A DNA stretch of 60,959 nucleotides, filler included, from 4 parts of 4 records of this genome joined end to end with filler, not necessarily neighbours in it; one strand, 5' to 3'; positions 18,358-27,990 are shown, numbered from the whole stretch's first letter. Program-made: numbers and translations. Notes: generated by a model not told the origin, from the letters alone.

Positions 18358-19692
18358 TCAGCTATTATAACAAACATTATCTATTGTTTTCTCTAATTTT
18401 TCACAAAGTTCATCCATTTCATTTTCATTTATTATAAAAGGCGGGGCAATTAAAATATGATCTCCAAGTATACCATTAACAGTGCCTTGCATTGGGTAGC
18501 AAATTAATCCCATATCCAAAGCTTCTTTCTTAATTTTCCCAGCTATGTTTAGATTTTTTTCAAAAGGATCTTTTGTATCCCTATCTTTGACTATCTCAAT
18601 ACCTCTAAACAAACCTCTTCCTCTTATGTCTCCAACAAATTCGTGTTGACCAATCATCGTTTCAAGCTTTTTTTGAAGAATTTTACCTTTTTCACTAACT
18701 TGTTCTGGGAAGTTTTCATTTATTAATTTATTTAACACAGCTAAAGAACCTGCACAGGCTACGGGATGACCAAGATACGTATGTCCATGTTGAAAAAAAC
18801 CGGTACCTTTGGCTATCGCTTCATAAATAAAGTTTTGACACAACATTGCACCAATAGGTTGATATCCAGCTCCTAAACCTTTGGCAATAGTGATTATGTC
18901 AGGGATAATTTCTTCTTCATCACAAGCAAACAGTGATCCGGTTCTACCCATACCACACATAACTTCGTCCAAAATTAATAAAACATCATATTGATTACAA
19001 ATTTCTCTTATGCGTTTAAAATATCCCTCTACCGGTGTTAACGCACCAGCAGTAGCCCCAACAACTGTTTCTGCAATGAAGGCCATCACATTATCTGGAC
19101 CAAGTTTAATTATTTCATTTTCTAATTCGTTGGCAACTCTTAGTCCATAATCTATAGAACTTTCTTCCGGTTTTTGATGTCTATACTGGTAACAAGGTGA
19201 AATTAAACTTGTTTCAGTTAGTAAATCTTCAAAAAAAGATCTTCTCCAAACATTCCCTCCTGCAGCGAGAGCACCTAAGGTATTTCCATGATAGCTTTGT
19301 CTTCTTGAAATAACTTTATATTTTTCTGGTTTTCCAATTTCATTAAAATATTGCTTAGCTAACTTTAGAGATGCTTCAACCGCTTCTGATCCGCTAGATA
19401 CAAAGTAAACTTTATCCAGTTCTTTTGGAGAATTTTGTGATAGAATTTGCGCCAGTTTTTCTGCTGGTTCACTAGTAAAGAATGAAGTGTGGGCAAATGC
19501 TAATTTTTCTGTTTGTTTAATTATGGCTTCTTTAACTGAATTGTCTGAATGACCCAAACATGACACTGCGGCTCCACACGATCCATCAAGATATTTTTTT
19601 CCGTTAACATCAAAAATGTAACAACCTTCACCATAAGCAGATACAGGAAGTTCATAATTTTCATGACGTGGTAATATATTACTTTTATTCAT
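18358..19692 (-). CDS. class III (omega) PLP aminotransferase
   Basis: SSGSEAVE, SYHGNT, LILDEVMCGMGRTG, IAKGLGAGY, HGHTY; ATG at 19692 avoids overlap with the upstream gene. Confidence 0.9.
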   Translation of the reverse strand: MNKSNILPRHENYELPVSAYGEGCYIFDVNGKKYLDGSCGAAVSCLGHSDNSVKEAIIKQTEKLAFAHTSFFTSEPAEKLAQILSQNSPKELDKVYFVSSGSEAVEASLKLAKQYFNEIGKPEKYKVISRRQSYHGNTLGALAAGGNVWRRSFFEDLLTETSLISPCYQYRHQKPEESSIDYGLRVANELENEIIKLGPDNVMAFIAETVVGATAGALTPVEGYFKRIREICNQYDVLLILDEVMCGMGRTGSLFACDEEEIIPDIITIAKGLGAGYQPIGAMLCQNFIYEAIAKGTGFFQHGHTYLGHPVACAGSLAVLNKLINENFPEQVSEKGKILQKKLETMIGQHEFVGDIRGRGLFRGIEIVKDRDTKDPFEKNLNIAGKIKKEALDMGLICYPMQGTVNGILGDHILIAPPFIINENEMDELCEKLEKTIDNVCYNS

Positions 19693-19696
19693 TAAT

Positions 19697-20002
19697 TTAG
19701 AAAGTGGTTTCGCCAAAATCTTGGACGATAGTACCTGTAAATTGCACTGTTTTGGGTGCTAGAGTTTTTACATACTTTGCAATATTTTCTTCAATTAGTT
19801 TTTCTATTTTTTTCATAGAATCTAAGTCAGGAAATTCCCATAAAACAACACTGACATTTGGCGTTTTTGAATTTTTTATTGCCCTAAACCTTACTCCTTT
19901 AACTTGTTGGAGCAGTTTTGGCCATCTCGTTTCAAGTATTGATTCAAACAATTCACAATCTTCTGTAGAAGGGAAAGTTCTTACAAAGATTTTAATTAAC
20001 AT
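19697..20002 (-). CDS. hypothetical protein, possibly ferredoxin-like / dimeric alpha+beta barrel
   Basis: 101-aa ORF ending 4 nt before the aminotransferase start; alternating beta-alpha pattern with LWEFPD. Confidence 0.6.
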   Translation of the reverse strand: MLIKIFVRTFPSTEDCELFESILETRWPKLLQQVKGVRFRAIKNSKTPNVSVVLWEFPDLDSMKKIEKLIEENIAKYVKTLAPKTVQFTGTIVQDFGETTF

Positions 20003-20103
20003 TCTGACACCTTTATATTATTAAATAATATAACTATAAGATAAGTAATATTTTTATATTATATTTTTTTTGCAAATAATTAAATCATTAACGGACTTGA
20101 TAA

Positions 20104-20322
20104 ATGTTTCGTATATTAAAAAGACCAGATGTTTTTTTCAGAGCTCTTAAGATGGCATCTATTGTCGGAATAATTTTGGCAGCAATTAATCATGGGGACC
20201 ATATATTACTTGGCACGATGACAGTTACTAATTGGATAAAAGTATTGATAACTTTTTGCGTTCCTTTTTGTGTTTCTACAATCTCATCAGCACTTGCCAT
20301 TAAAAGAGAACAAAATATATAA
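20104..20322 (+). CDS. nrtS: NrtS-like small membrane protein
   Basis: 72 aa, two hydrophobic helices, VG.IL.AINHGD and KV.ITFCVPFCVST. Confidence 0.65.
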   Translation: MFRILKRPDVFFRALKMASIVGIILAAINHGDHILLGTMTVTNWIKVLITFCVPFCVSTISSALAIKREQNI

Positions 20323-21124
20323 ATTTATAAGAATAAATACGATTACTAAATTTAATGCTTTATTTATTAAGTTTGTAATTTCTATTTTTGTATTTATTAG
20401 TAGTGACGCTCTTGGATTTAAAGAAAATTATTACTATGAAGTCCAGTTTGGAAATCTAATTGTAGGGAAGGCACATATTTTTCTTCAAACTAAGGGTGAT
20501 GAAATTATTTTAAATACAAAATCTAAGACTGCAGGGTTTTTAAACGTTCTCTATGAGTATGAAGGAGAATTAAATTCTTCTTCTATAAGAGAAAACAATA
20601 ATTGGTTACCAAAAGTATTTTCTACAACTGGGACGTTTAATGATAAAAAACGTTCTTCAAAAATAAATTTTCAAAATGATATAGTAAAATACAAGAACGA
20701 CCCAGTTTTAGATTTAAAAAAAGTTCATCCTATTGAGCAATCAACATTGAATGAAGTTATAGATCCTGTAACAGCATTTATCAATATTATTGAGAAAATC
20801 AATTCAAACGAAAAATGTGATAAAATTTTCAAGATTTTTGATGGTAGAAGAAGATACAATCTACAAATAAAGGCATTAGGAAATACTTTTTTAAAAAATG
20901 ATAGACCAAAGTCTTTCAATGGGAAAGTCTTAGTTTGTGGCTTAAAAGTTACTCCTTTAGGAGGTCATAGGTTGGAAACTAAATGGAAGCCCAATGAAGA
21001 TAAGTTTACAGACTTTAAAATCTTTTTTGGTGAAACTTCCTCTGGAAGAACATTACCTGTCAGAATGAACTTAGAGAGATGGTTTGGAACTGTAATTATA
21101 AGATTAATAAGAGATGTGTCTTAA
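20270..21124 (+). CDS. DUF3108-like exported protein; true start likely further downstream
   Basis: Signal-like hydrophobic stretch, IDPVTAF, FDGRRRY, two Cys. Confidence 0.65.
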   Translation: MFLQSHQHLPLKENKIYKFIRINTITKFNALFIKFVISIFVFISSDALGFKENYYYEVQFGNLIVGKAHIFLQTKGDEIILNTKSKTAGFLNVLYEYEGELNSSSIRENNNWLPKVFSTTGTFNDKKRSSKINFQNDIVKYKNDPVLDLKKVHPIEQSTLNEVIDPVTAFINIIEKINSNEKCDKIFKIFDGRRRYNLQIKALGNTFLKNDRPKSFNGKVLVCGLKVTPLGGHRLETKWKPNEDKFTDFKIFFGETSSGRTLPVRMNLERWFGTVIIRLIRDVS

Positions 21125-21979
21125 ATGAACAAGTTTGGCTTAATAGGTCATAATATAAGTGGCTCACAGGCACCAGATATACATCAGCGCCTAGGAAATT
21201 TATTTGGGGTGTCTCTTAGTTACGAATTGTTTGATATAAAAAATAAAGAAGATCACTATTTTGAGAGTTTATTAAAGGAATTAAAAGTTGACGGTTTTAA
21301 GGGTGTAAACATTACCTACCCCTTTAAAGAAAAGGCAATAAATTATGCTGATAAAGTAAATAAAGGTGCCTCTTTTGTTAAGTCAGCAAATACTTTAATA
21401 TTTCAAGAAAAAATTATTGCTGAAAACACAGATTTTTCAGGTTTCTTAAGAACTTTAGATTTTCACTTTAAAGATAATAAAGCCGAAAAAATACTCGTTA
21501 TTGGCGGGGGTGGAGTCGGAAGGTCGGTTTTATTTGGATTAGGATCTTTACATAACAAAGATCTTTTTTTGATTGAAACTGATTTAATCAAAGGAAATAA
21601 CTTAGTTAAAGAATTACTTTTATCAGACATTAATTGTAAATTACTAAAGAATAATGAATTAGATGGAATGATAAGTAAATTTAATGCTATTATTAATTGC
21701 ACACCAATTGGTCATCAAGATTTTCCAGGATGCCCACTTGGTTTGTTGAAACCTAATAAAGATCAATGGGTATTTGATGTTGTTTATACTCCAGCTAAAA
21801 CACAATTTATTAAAAAGGCTGAAAAAGTTGGTGCAAAAATAATTTCTGGTATAGATCTTTTTGTTTTCCAAGCGCTTGATGCTTTTATTTTATTTAATAA
21901 TGAAAAAGTTAATCAAAAGGAAATTTCAGAGCGTATAAATTATCTAAGACAACATTATTTTAAGGTTTTGTTTAATTAG
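21125..21979 (+). CDS. aroE: shikimate dehydrogenase family protein
   Basis: S.AP.IH, GVNITYPFKE, ANT, NTDFSG, GGGGVG, NCTPIG, DVVYTP. Confidence 0.8.
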   Translation: MNKFGLIGHNISGSQAPDIHQRLGNLFGVSLSYELFDIKNKEDHYFESLLKELKVDGFKGVNITYPFKEKAINYADKVNKGASFVKSANTLIFQEKIIAENTDFSGFLRTLDFHFKDNKAEKILVIGGGGVGRSVLFGLGSLHNKDLFLIETDLIKGNNLVKELLLSDINCKLLKNNELDGMISKFNAIINCTPIGHQDFPGCPLGLLKPNKDQWVFDVVYTPAKTQFIKKAEKVGAKIISGIDLFVFQALDAFILFNNEKVNQKEISERINYLRQHYFKVLFN

Positions 21980-21989
21980 TTTTTGGTGC

Positions 21990-23201
21990 TTAATCAAAAA
22001 CAATTTTTTCAACAAACATTTTTTCAATATCTTCTTGGCTATAACCAGCTTCAATTAATACCTCTCTACTATGTTGACCGATTTTAGGAGGTTTATGTTT
22101 TACCTCAACGGATTTAGATCTGCTGAATTTTATAGGTGAAGAGACCCCTTTATAATCATCCTTAGTAATAGTCATTTTTCTTTCTAATGTTTGTGGATGA
22201 TTTAGTGCTTCCTCAATGTTTCTAACAGGTCCAGCTGGTATGCCTGCAGATAAAAGTTTTTCTGAAAAATGGGCTCCGTCGACTTCACTAAGTGCATCTT
22301 CTAAATACTTAGTTAGCTCTACTCTATTTTTGACTCTATCTCCATTAGAAATGAATCTTTCATCAGCTATCAGTTCTTCTAATCCAAGAGCTCTACATAG
22401 ACGGGCGAAGCCTGCATCATTCCCAATTCCCATAAAAATTTCATTGGTGGCAGTTTTAAATTTATCGTAAGGAGAAATATTTGGGTGTGCGTTACCAGTA
22501 GCTTTACCTGGCTTGCCTGACAATAAATAATTTCCCGTGTGAGGATGCATTAATGCCAAAGCCGAGTCATATAAAGACATATCGATAAATTGGCCTAATC
22601 CAGATTTATTTCTTTCTTGAAGAGCCATTAATATACCTATTGTTGCGTATAGACCAGTACCCATATCAACCATTGGGATACCAACTCTAACATTACCACC
22701 ATCTTCATGGCCGTTAACAGACATCATGCCTGTCATAGCTTGAACAATTGCGTCATATCCAGGAGCTCCTCCTAGCGGTCCTTTTTCTCCAAATCCTGAT
22801 ATTCTACAGTGAATTAATTTAGGAAATTTATTTTTTAAAATTTCTTTATAACCTAAACCCCACTTTTCCATTGTCCCAGTTTTAAAATTTTCAATCAATA
22901 CATCTGAATTTTCTAGGAGTTTTAAAATAATACTTTTGCCTTCTGGTTTAGTTAAATCAATTGCAACAGACCTTTTGTTTCTATTAACATTTATAAAATA
23001 TGAAGCCATATCATTTACAAATGGTGGTCCCCAACCTCTAACTTCATCACCTAAGTTAGATTCAATTTTAATTACTTCTGCTCCATGATCAGCAAGAATT
23101 TGAGTTGAATAAGGTCCTCCAAGAACTCTCGTAAGATCTAAGACTTTTACACCATCTAAAGCAGACGCTATGATATTATTTTTGTTTGTCATATTTTTCA
23201 C
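21990..23201 (-). CDS. family III CoA-transferase (CaiB/BaiF)
   Basis: LDLTRVLGGP, GAEVIKIE, NRNKRS, GYDAIVQA. Confidence 0.9.
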   Translation of the reverse strand: MKNMTNKNNIIASALDGVKVLDLTRVLGGPYSTQILADHGAEVIKIESNLGDEVRGWGPPFVNDMASYFINVNRNKRSVAIDLTKPEGKSIILKLLENSDVLIENFKTGTMEKWGLGYKEILKNKFPKLIHCRISGFGEKGPLGGAPGYDAIVQAMTGMMSVNGHEDGGNVRVGIPMVDMGTGLYATIGILMALQERNKSGLGQFIDMSLYDSALALMHPHTGNYLLSGKPGKATGNAHPNISPYDKFKTATNEIFMGIGNDAGFARLCRALGLEELIADERFISNGDRVKNRVELTKYLEDALSEVDGAHFSEKLLSAGIPAGPVRNIEEALNHPQTLERKMTITKDDYKGVSSPIKFSRSKSVEVKHKPPKIGQHSREVLIEAGYSQEDIEKMFVEKIVFD

Positions 23202-23211
23202 TTTTCTTTAT

Positions 23212-24378
23212 TTAATACGATTTTGGTAATCCAAGTACTCGCTCCGATATATAGTTTAAAATCATCTGGGCACTTACGGGAGCTAATTTGGGTATTAATG
23301 ATTCTCTTAATAATCTTTCCACATGATATTCTTTCGCGTACCCCATTCCTCCTAAGGTTATGACAGCTTGTGTTGCTGCTTTAAAACCAGCCTCTGCGGC
23401 AAAATATTTTGCTGCATTAGCCATCCCACCTGAGTTTTCTCCATTGTCGTATTGGTATGCAGCTTTCGCAATGAGTAACTCAGCGGCTTCTAGTTCTATC
23501 CAGTTCTCTGCTAATGGATGTTGAATACTTTGATTTTTCCCAATTGGTCGATTAAAAACAACCCTTTCTTTGGAATATTGAACAGCTCTTGATAAAGCAT
23601 TTTTGCCAATACCTAATGCCTCTGCGGCAATAAGAATACGTTCAGGGTTGAGGCTATCCAAAATATACTTAAAACCTTTACCCTCATCTCCTATTCTGTC
23701 AAAATCAGAAACTTCCAAATTATCAATAAAGACTTGATTACTATCAACTGCGGATCTTCCCATTTTAGGAATTTCTTTAACTTGAATTTTATTTCTGTCT
23801 AAATCAGTATAAAATAATGTAAGACCATCCGTGTTTTTTTTACACTCTTCTATAGGTAGTGTTCTAGCTAATAAGAGTATTTTATCAGCTATTTGAGCAG
23901 TAGATGTCCAAATTTTTTGACCATTAACCAGATATCCGCCATTAATTTTTTTTGCAAAGGTTTTCATCTTTCCTGTATCTAAACCTGCGTCGGGTTCAGT
24001 TACACCAAAACAAGTCTTTTCTTGTCCTGAAATTAATGGTGGTAACCAGGTTTCTTTTTGTTTTTTGTTCCCATGCACAACTATAGGGTGAGGGCCAAAG
24101 ATATTTATGTGTATGGAAGATGCAGCAGCCATACCTCCACCAGTCTCAGAAATTTTTTGCATGAAAATTGATGCTTCACTTACACCAAGATTGGCTCCAC
24201 CAAATTCCTTCGGCATGCAAATACCTAACCAACCTCCTTTAGCAACTTCGTCATAAAATTTGAATGGAAATAAAGCATCTCTGTCACATTTAAGCCAATA
24301 ATCATCATTAAATTTTTTCATAATATTTTGAACTGAGTCAATGATAGATAATTGTGTTTGGCTTAATTCAAAAATCAT
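23212..24378 (-). CDS. acyl-CoA dehydrogenase
   Basis: FGVTEPDAGLD, NGQKIWTS, LNPERIL, GGMGYAKEY. Confidence 0.9.
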   Translation of the reverse strand: MIFELSQTQLSIIDSVQNIMKKFNDDYWLKCDRDALFPFKFYDEVAKGGWLGICMPKEFGGANLGVSEASIFMQKISETGGGMAAASSIHINIFGPHPIVVHGNKKQKETWLPPLISGQEKTCFGVTEPDAGLDTGKMKTFAKKINGGYLVNGQKIWTSTAQIADKILLLARTLPIEECKKNTDGLTLFYTDLDRNKIQVKEIPKMGRSAVDSNQVFIDNLEVSDFDRIGDEGKGFKYILDSLNPERILIAAEALGIGKNALSRAVQYSKERVVFNRPIGKNQSIQHPLAENWIELEAAELLIAKAAYQYDNGENSGGMANAAKYFAAEAGFKAATQAVITLGGMGYAKEYHVERLLRESLIPKLAPVSAQMILNYISERVLGLPKSY

Positions 24379-24383
24379 CGAAA

Positions 24384-24980
24384 CTATCTTGCAATGTTAT
24401 GATAATTATTGTTAGGCTCCATTTCAATTGCTGAAGCTAATCTATTTGTCATGTTAAAAAAACCTACTATTGCGCTAATATCCCAAATATCTCTGTCTGT
24501 ATAACCAACATCTCTTAATTTTTTTCTCTCTTGCTCCCCTATTTCAGAAGGGTACTTAGTTAACTTTTTAGCAAAGCTAAGTAACTCCTCTTGCCTTCTT
24601 GGTAATTCCGCAGATCTAAAATTAGCAGCTATGCGTTCTCCAAGTTGAGGATCGTTTGAAAGTTCTCTTACGGCAGATCCATGAGCAACTAAACAGTAGA
24701 AACAATGGTTTTCAGATGACACAGTTACAGCAATCATTTCTCTTTCGAGTTTTGTTAATCCTGATTCACCTAACATCAACGAGTTGTAAAGTTTAGTAAA
24801 GCCCTCAAATTGTTTTGGAAATTTAGCAAATGCAGCCAGAACATTTGGAATAAAACCAATTTTGTCTTCGACAATCTTAAGGTAACTTTCTACTTGTTCT
24901 TCACCTTCCTTATGACCTTCATAATTTAGATTTAATTTTGTTATGTTATTATTTTGGCCTTGCTTTATAATTTTTTGCAT
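24384..24980 (-). CDS. AhpD-like / carboxymuconolactone decarboxylase family peroxidase-related enzyme
   Basis: GFIPNV, EREMIAVTVSSENHCFYCLVAH, FNMTNR. Confidence 0.85.
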   Translation of the reverse strand: MQKIIKQGQNNNITKLNLNYEGHKEGEEQVESYLKIVEDKIGFIPNVLAAFAKFPKQFEGFTKLYNSLMLGESGLTKLEREMIAVTVSSENHCFYCLVAHGSAVRELSNDPQLGERIAANFRSAELPRRQEELLSFAKKLTKYPSEIGEQERKKLRDVGYTDRDIWDISAIVGFFNMTNRLASAIEMEPNNNYHNIAR

Positions 24981-25499
24981 TTAATTCTCCATTAACCAAT
25001 TCGGCTTTCTTTTTTCAAAGAATGCATTTATTCCTTCGATGGCCTCAGGGTTTTCCCATACATCAGCAAGAGCTTCAACTGTAAACTTAACCGTTTCTTT
25101 ATCAATTTTAAAAGATAAGCTTTTAACAAGCATTTTGGATGCTGACATAGCAGACGGTGCATTAAGAAGAAAGGGCTCAGTTTCTGATGAAATGATATTC
25201 TCAATATTTTCATTTTTACAAAAACTTTTAACTAGGCCCATCTCCTTTGCATCCTTAGCATTAAAATTTCTTCCACTCGTAAATAAATCTAAAGCATTGT
25301 TAGAGCCAATTTTTAAAATTACATATGGACTTATTGTTGCAGGTATTAAACCAAGTTTCACTTCTGTAAGAGCTAGTTTTATGTTCTCGGTGCAAATTGC
25401 TATATCACAAACAGAAATAATTCCTATTCCCCCTCCAAAAGCATTACCTTCAACTTTTGCAACTAGCGGCTTAGGAAACTGATACATCTTGTATAATAA
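24981..25499 (-). CDS. enoyl-CoA hydratase/crotonase (methylglutaconyl-CoA hydratase-like), 5' truncated by the contig end
   Basis: AFGGGIG, LTEVKLGLIPATISPYV, EGINAFFEKRKP.W. Confidence 0.85.
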   Translation of the reverse strand, partial: LLYKMYQFPKPLVAKVEGNAFGGGIGIISVCDIAICTENIKLALTEVKLGLIPATISPYVILKIGSNNALDLFTSGRNFNAKDAKEMGLVKSFCKNENIENIISSETEPFLLNAPSAMSASKMLVKSLSFKIDKETVKFTVEALADVWENPEAIEGINAFFEKRKPNWLMEN

Positions 25500-25501
25500 A
25501 T

Positions 25502-25601
25502 NNNNNNNNNNNNNNNNNNNNNNNNNNNNNNNNNNNNNNNNNNNNTTAATTAATTAANNNNNNNNNNNNNNNNNNNNNNNNNNNNNNNNNNNNNNNNNNN
25601 N
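25502..25601. other. artificial contig linker
   Basis: N44-TTAATTAATTAA-N44, stops in all six frames; genes truncated on both sides. Confidence 0.98.
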
Positions 25602-25931
25602 AGTTGCTTTGTTTTTTTTAGCATAATTTACTATTTCCATAGCCTGAATTGTTCTTTCAGAACTTACTGATAGGGGATAAGTGTTATTTCTCAATACATT
25701 TCCAAAAACTAAATATTTAATTATTGTATTGTAAAATAAGTCAACTGCATCTATAGATGTGAATGAATAAGCACCTAATTTTATAGCTTTTTCTTTAATT
25801 TTATTAGATTCTTCATTTGTATAACCTCCAGTATTAATATTAACTGCATGAACCTCATTATCAATTGATAATTTTTTTAAGCAATATGAGGTGTCCAATC
25901 CTCCACTGTAAGCAAGTACTATTTTTTTCAT
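25602..25931 (-). CDS. argG: argininosuccinate synthase, 3' truncated
   Basis: KIVLAYSGGLDTS, YPLSVSSER (Bacteroidetes-type). Confidence 0.92.
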
Positions 25932-26458
25932 GATTTATTTTTTGGTTCATAAAGCATCCCCGTGCAAAGACACATGGATTTATTTGTTCTGTTTAATATG
26001 TCGTAATTTTTACATGTTTGACATCCTTTCCAAAATTCTTCATCGCTTGTTAACTCAGAAAAAGTTACTGGTTTATATCCCAATTGATAATTTATTTTCA
26101 TAACTGGTAAGCCAGTGGTAATTCCAAATATCTTAGCGTTTGGATATTTAATGATTGAATGTTCAAATGTTAATTTCTTAATTTTTTTCGCAAGTCCTTT
26201 TCCTCTAAATAATGGATTAACTATTAGTCCTGAATGAGCAACATATTTTCCATGCCCCCATATTTCTATATAACAAAATCCAGCAAAATCATTTTTTTTG
26301 GTTGCAATAACAGCGTTGCCATTTTCAATTTTTTTTCTAATGTATTCGGGTGATCTTAAAGCTATACCTGTTCCTCTAGTTTTTGCTGAAGAACTAATAG
26401 ATTTTGATATAATATCACAATATTTTATATGCTTCAAAGAAGCAACAGTAATGTCCAA
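25928..26458 (-). CDS. GNAT acetyltransferase heading the Bacteroidetes arginine operon (putative N-acetylglutamate synthase)
   Basis: GLIVNPLFRGKGLA acetyl-CoA motif, FWKGCQTC...CLCTG; 4-bp overlap with argG. Confidence 0.8.
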   Translation of the reverse strand: MDITVASLKHIKYCDIISKSISSSAKTRGTGIALRSPEYIRKKIENGNAVIATKKNDFAGFCYIEIWGHGKYVAHSGLIVNPLFRGKGLAKKIKKLTFEHSIIKYPNAKIFGITTGLPVMKINYQLGYKPVTFSELTSDEEFWKGCQTCKNYDILNRTNKSMCLCTGMLYEPKNKS

Positions 26459-26514
26459 GATGTTAAAATTTTAGTTAAGAATGAATTGAAATGAAACTGG
26501 ACTCACCTAGTTTC

Positions 26515-26598
26515 CTAAATAGATATATACCCAAAAGGGCGGGCACGACGGGTTGCCGATGTGTTTAAAGAAAAATTAAAATATCTATTGTTAATCAC
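26515..26598 (-). CDS. putative arginine-sensing leader peptide, 27 aa (MINNRYFNFSLNTSATRRARPFGYISI)
   Basis: GTG...TAG frame between the promoter motif and the GNAT gene; CGT CGT GCC CGC cluster in a GC-rich patch. Confidence 0.65.
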   Translation of the reverse strand: MINNRYFNFSLNTSATRRARPFGYISI

Positions 26599-26612
26599 AT
26601 TGTAAATGTCTA

Positions 26613-26620
26613 CAAAAATA
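26613..26620 (-). promoter_or_regulatory. Bacteroidetes -7 promoter element for the arginine leader and operon
   Basis: Minus strand TATTTTTG matches TAnnTTTG, 14 nt before the leader GTG. Confidence 0.5.
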
Positions 26621-26658
26621 TTTAACAAACAAAATATATTTTAAAAAAAACAATTAAG

Positions 26659-26666
26659 TAAATTTG
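26659..26666 (+). promoter_or_regulatory. Bacteroidetes -7 promoter element for pabB
   Basis: TAAATTTG matches TAnnTTTG, followed by an A-rich stretch without Shine-Dalgarno and the start at 26680. Confidence 0.5.
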
Positions 26667-26679
26667 AAGAAAAAAAAAA

Positions 26680-27966
26680 TTGAAAAGATTTTCTAAAAAA
26701 TTTAAACATGAAGATTTAAATCTTTTTAGAGATAAATTATTAAAGTGGTCAAATAAGTTTACTCACTCTTCATTTTTAAATTCAAACAACTACAGTTCTA
26801 ATATTAAACAATATGAGTGCATATGTGCTGTTGAACTGGAGTCGGAGATACCTTTTACAAAAAATAATTCCACACAGAAACTGGATAATTATTTAAAAAA
26901 AGTTGATGACTGGGTATTCGGATATTTAAATTATGATTTAAAAAATGAGATTGAAAATTTAAAAAGTAATAATCCTGACAATTTTAACTTACCTAATCTA
27001 TATTTTTATCAGCCAAAAAAAATATGGATCATTAAAAATGATTATGTTGAAGCTTTGTATTTAGAATCTAATTTAATTATTGAAGATTGGAACACTATTA
27101 ATAGTTTGAATTGTAAAAATGAAAACAATCCTTTTAATCCTCCTACACTAAGCCAAAAACTTAATAAAGAACAATATTTAAATAAGATAGATGTATTAAA
27201 AAACCATATTAATAGAGGAGATGTATATGAAGCCAACTTTTGTTTTGAGTGGTTTAGTGAACATGCTAAAATAAATCCACTTTACGTTTATAAAAATCTT
27301 AATAAAATATCTAAATCTCCAATGAGTGTTTATTTTAAAAACAAAAAATTACATTTAATTTGCTCTTCACCAGAAAGATATTTAAAAAGAAATAATAACA
27401 AACTAATTAGTCAACCCATTAAAGGTACAAGTAGACGAGATATAGATTTTGTTATTGATAAAAAATTAAAGGATAATTTAAGCCTTGATCCTAAAGAAAG
27501 GTCTGAAAATATAATGATTGTAGATTTAGTAAGAAATGATATGTCAAGATTTTCAAAACCAGGTTCTGTTAAGGTTAAGGAATTATGTGAGGTTTATCCT
27601 TTTAAACAAGTTCATCAAATGATTTCTACAATTGAATCTAAAGTTGATTCTTCTTTGAAAATTAGTAAAATAATTGAGGGTAGTTTTCCAATGGGCAGTA
27701 TGACTGGAGCTCCTAAAGTTAAAGCAATGAAAATAATTGATGAACTTGAGGAAACAAAAAGAGGGCTTTACAGTGGAGCTATTGGTTTTATAGATCCTTA
27801 TGGTAATTTTGATTTTAATGTAGTTATAAGGTCACTTATATATGATTCTGAGAGTAAACACTTGTCTTTTCATGTAGGTAGTGCTATTACTGCTAAATCA
27901 AAAGGGGTAAACGAATATGATGAATGCTTGTTAAAAGGTAAAGCAATGATTTTATCATTAACTTAA
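26680..27966 (+). CDS. pabB: aminodeoxychorismate synthase component I
   Basis: SSPERY, PIKGT, KERSENIMIVDLVRND, FPMGSMTGAPK, RGLYSG. Confidence 0.85.
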   Translation: MKRFSKKFKHEDLNLFRDKLLKWSNKFTHSSFLNSNNYSSNIKQYECICAVELESEIPFTKNNSTQKLDNYLKKVDDWVFGYLNYDLKNEIENLKSNNPDNFNLPNLYFYQPKKIWIIKNDYVEALYLESNLIIEDWNTINSLNCKNENNPFNPPTLSQKLNKEQYLNKIDVLKNHINRGDVYEANFCFEWFSEHAKINPLYVYKNLNKISKSPMSVYFKNKKLHLICSSPERYLKRNNNKLISQPIKGTSRRDIDFVIDKKLKDNLSLDPKERSENIMIVDLVRNDMSRFSKPGSVKVKELCEVYPFKQVHQMISTIESKVDSSLKISKIIEGSFPMGSMTGAPKVKAMKIIDELEETKRGLYSGAIGFIDPYGNFDFNVVIRSLIYDSESKHLSFHVGSAITAKSKGVNEYDECLLKGKAMILSLT

Positions 27967-27990
27967 TTTATATACTTTTTTAATGTAATA

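Noticed and set aside
19704-20024. 106-aa plus-strand ORF opposite the 101-aa minus-strand ORF
   Set aside because: The minus-strand ORF has more protein-like composition and fits the operon with the aminotransferase
25546-25557. Palindrome TTAATTAATTAA, also at 41651-41662 and within the third linker
   Set aside because: It is the six-frame stop spacer inside N padding, an assembly artefact rather than a repeat or operator
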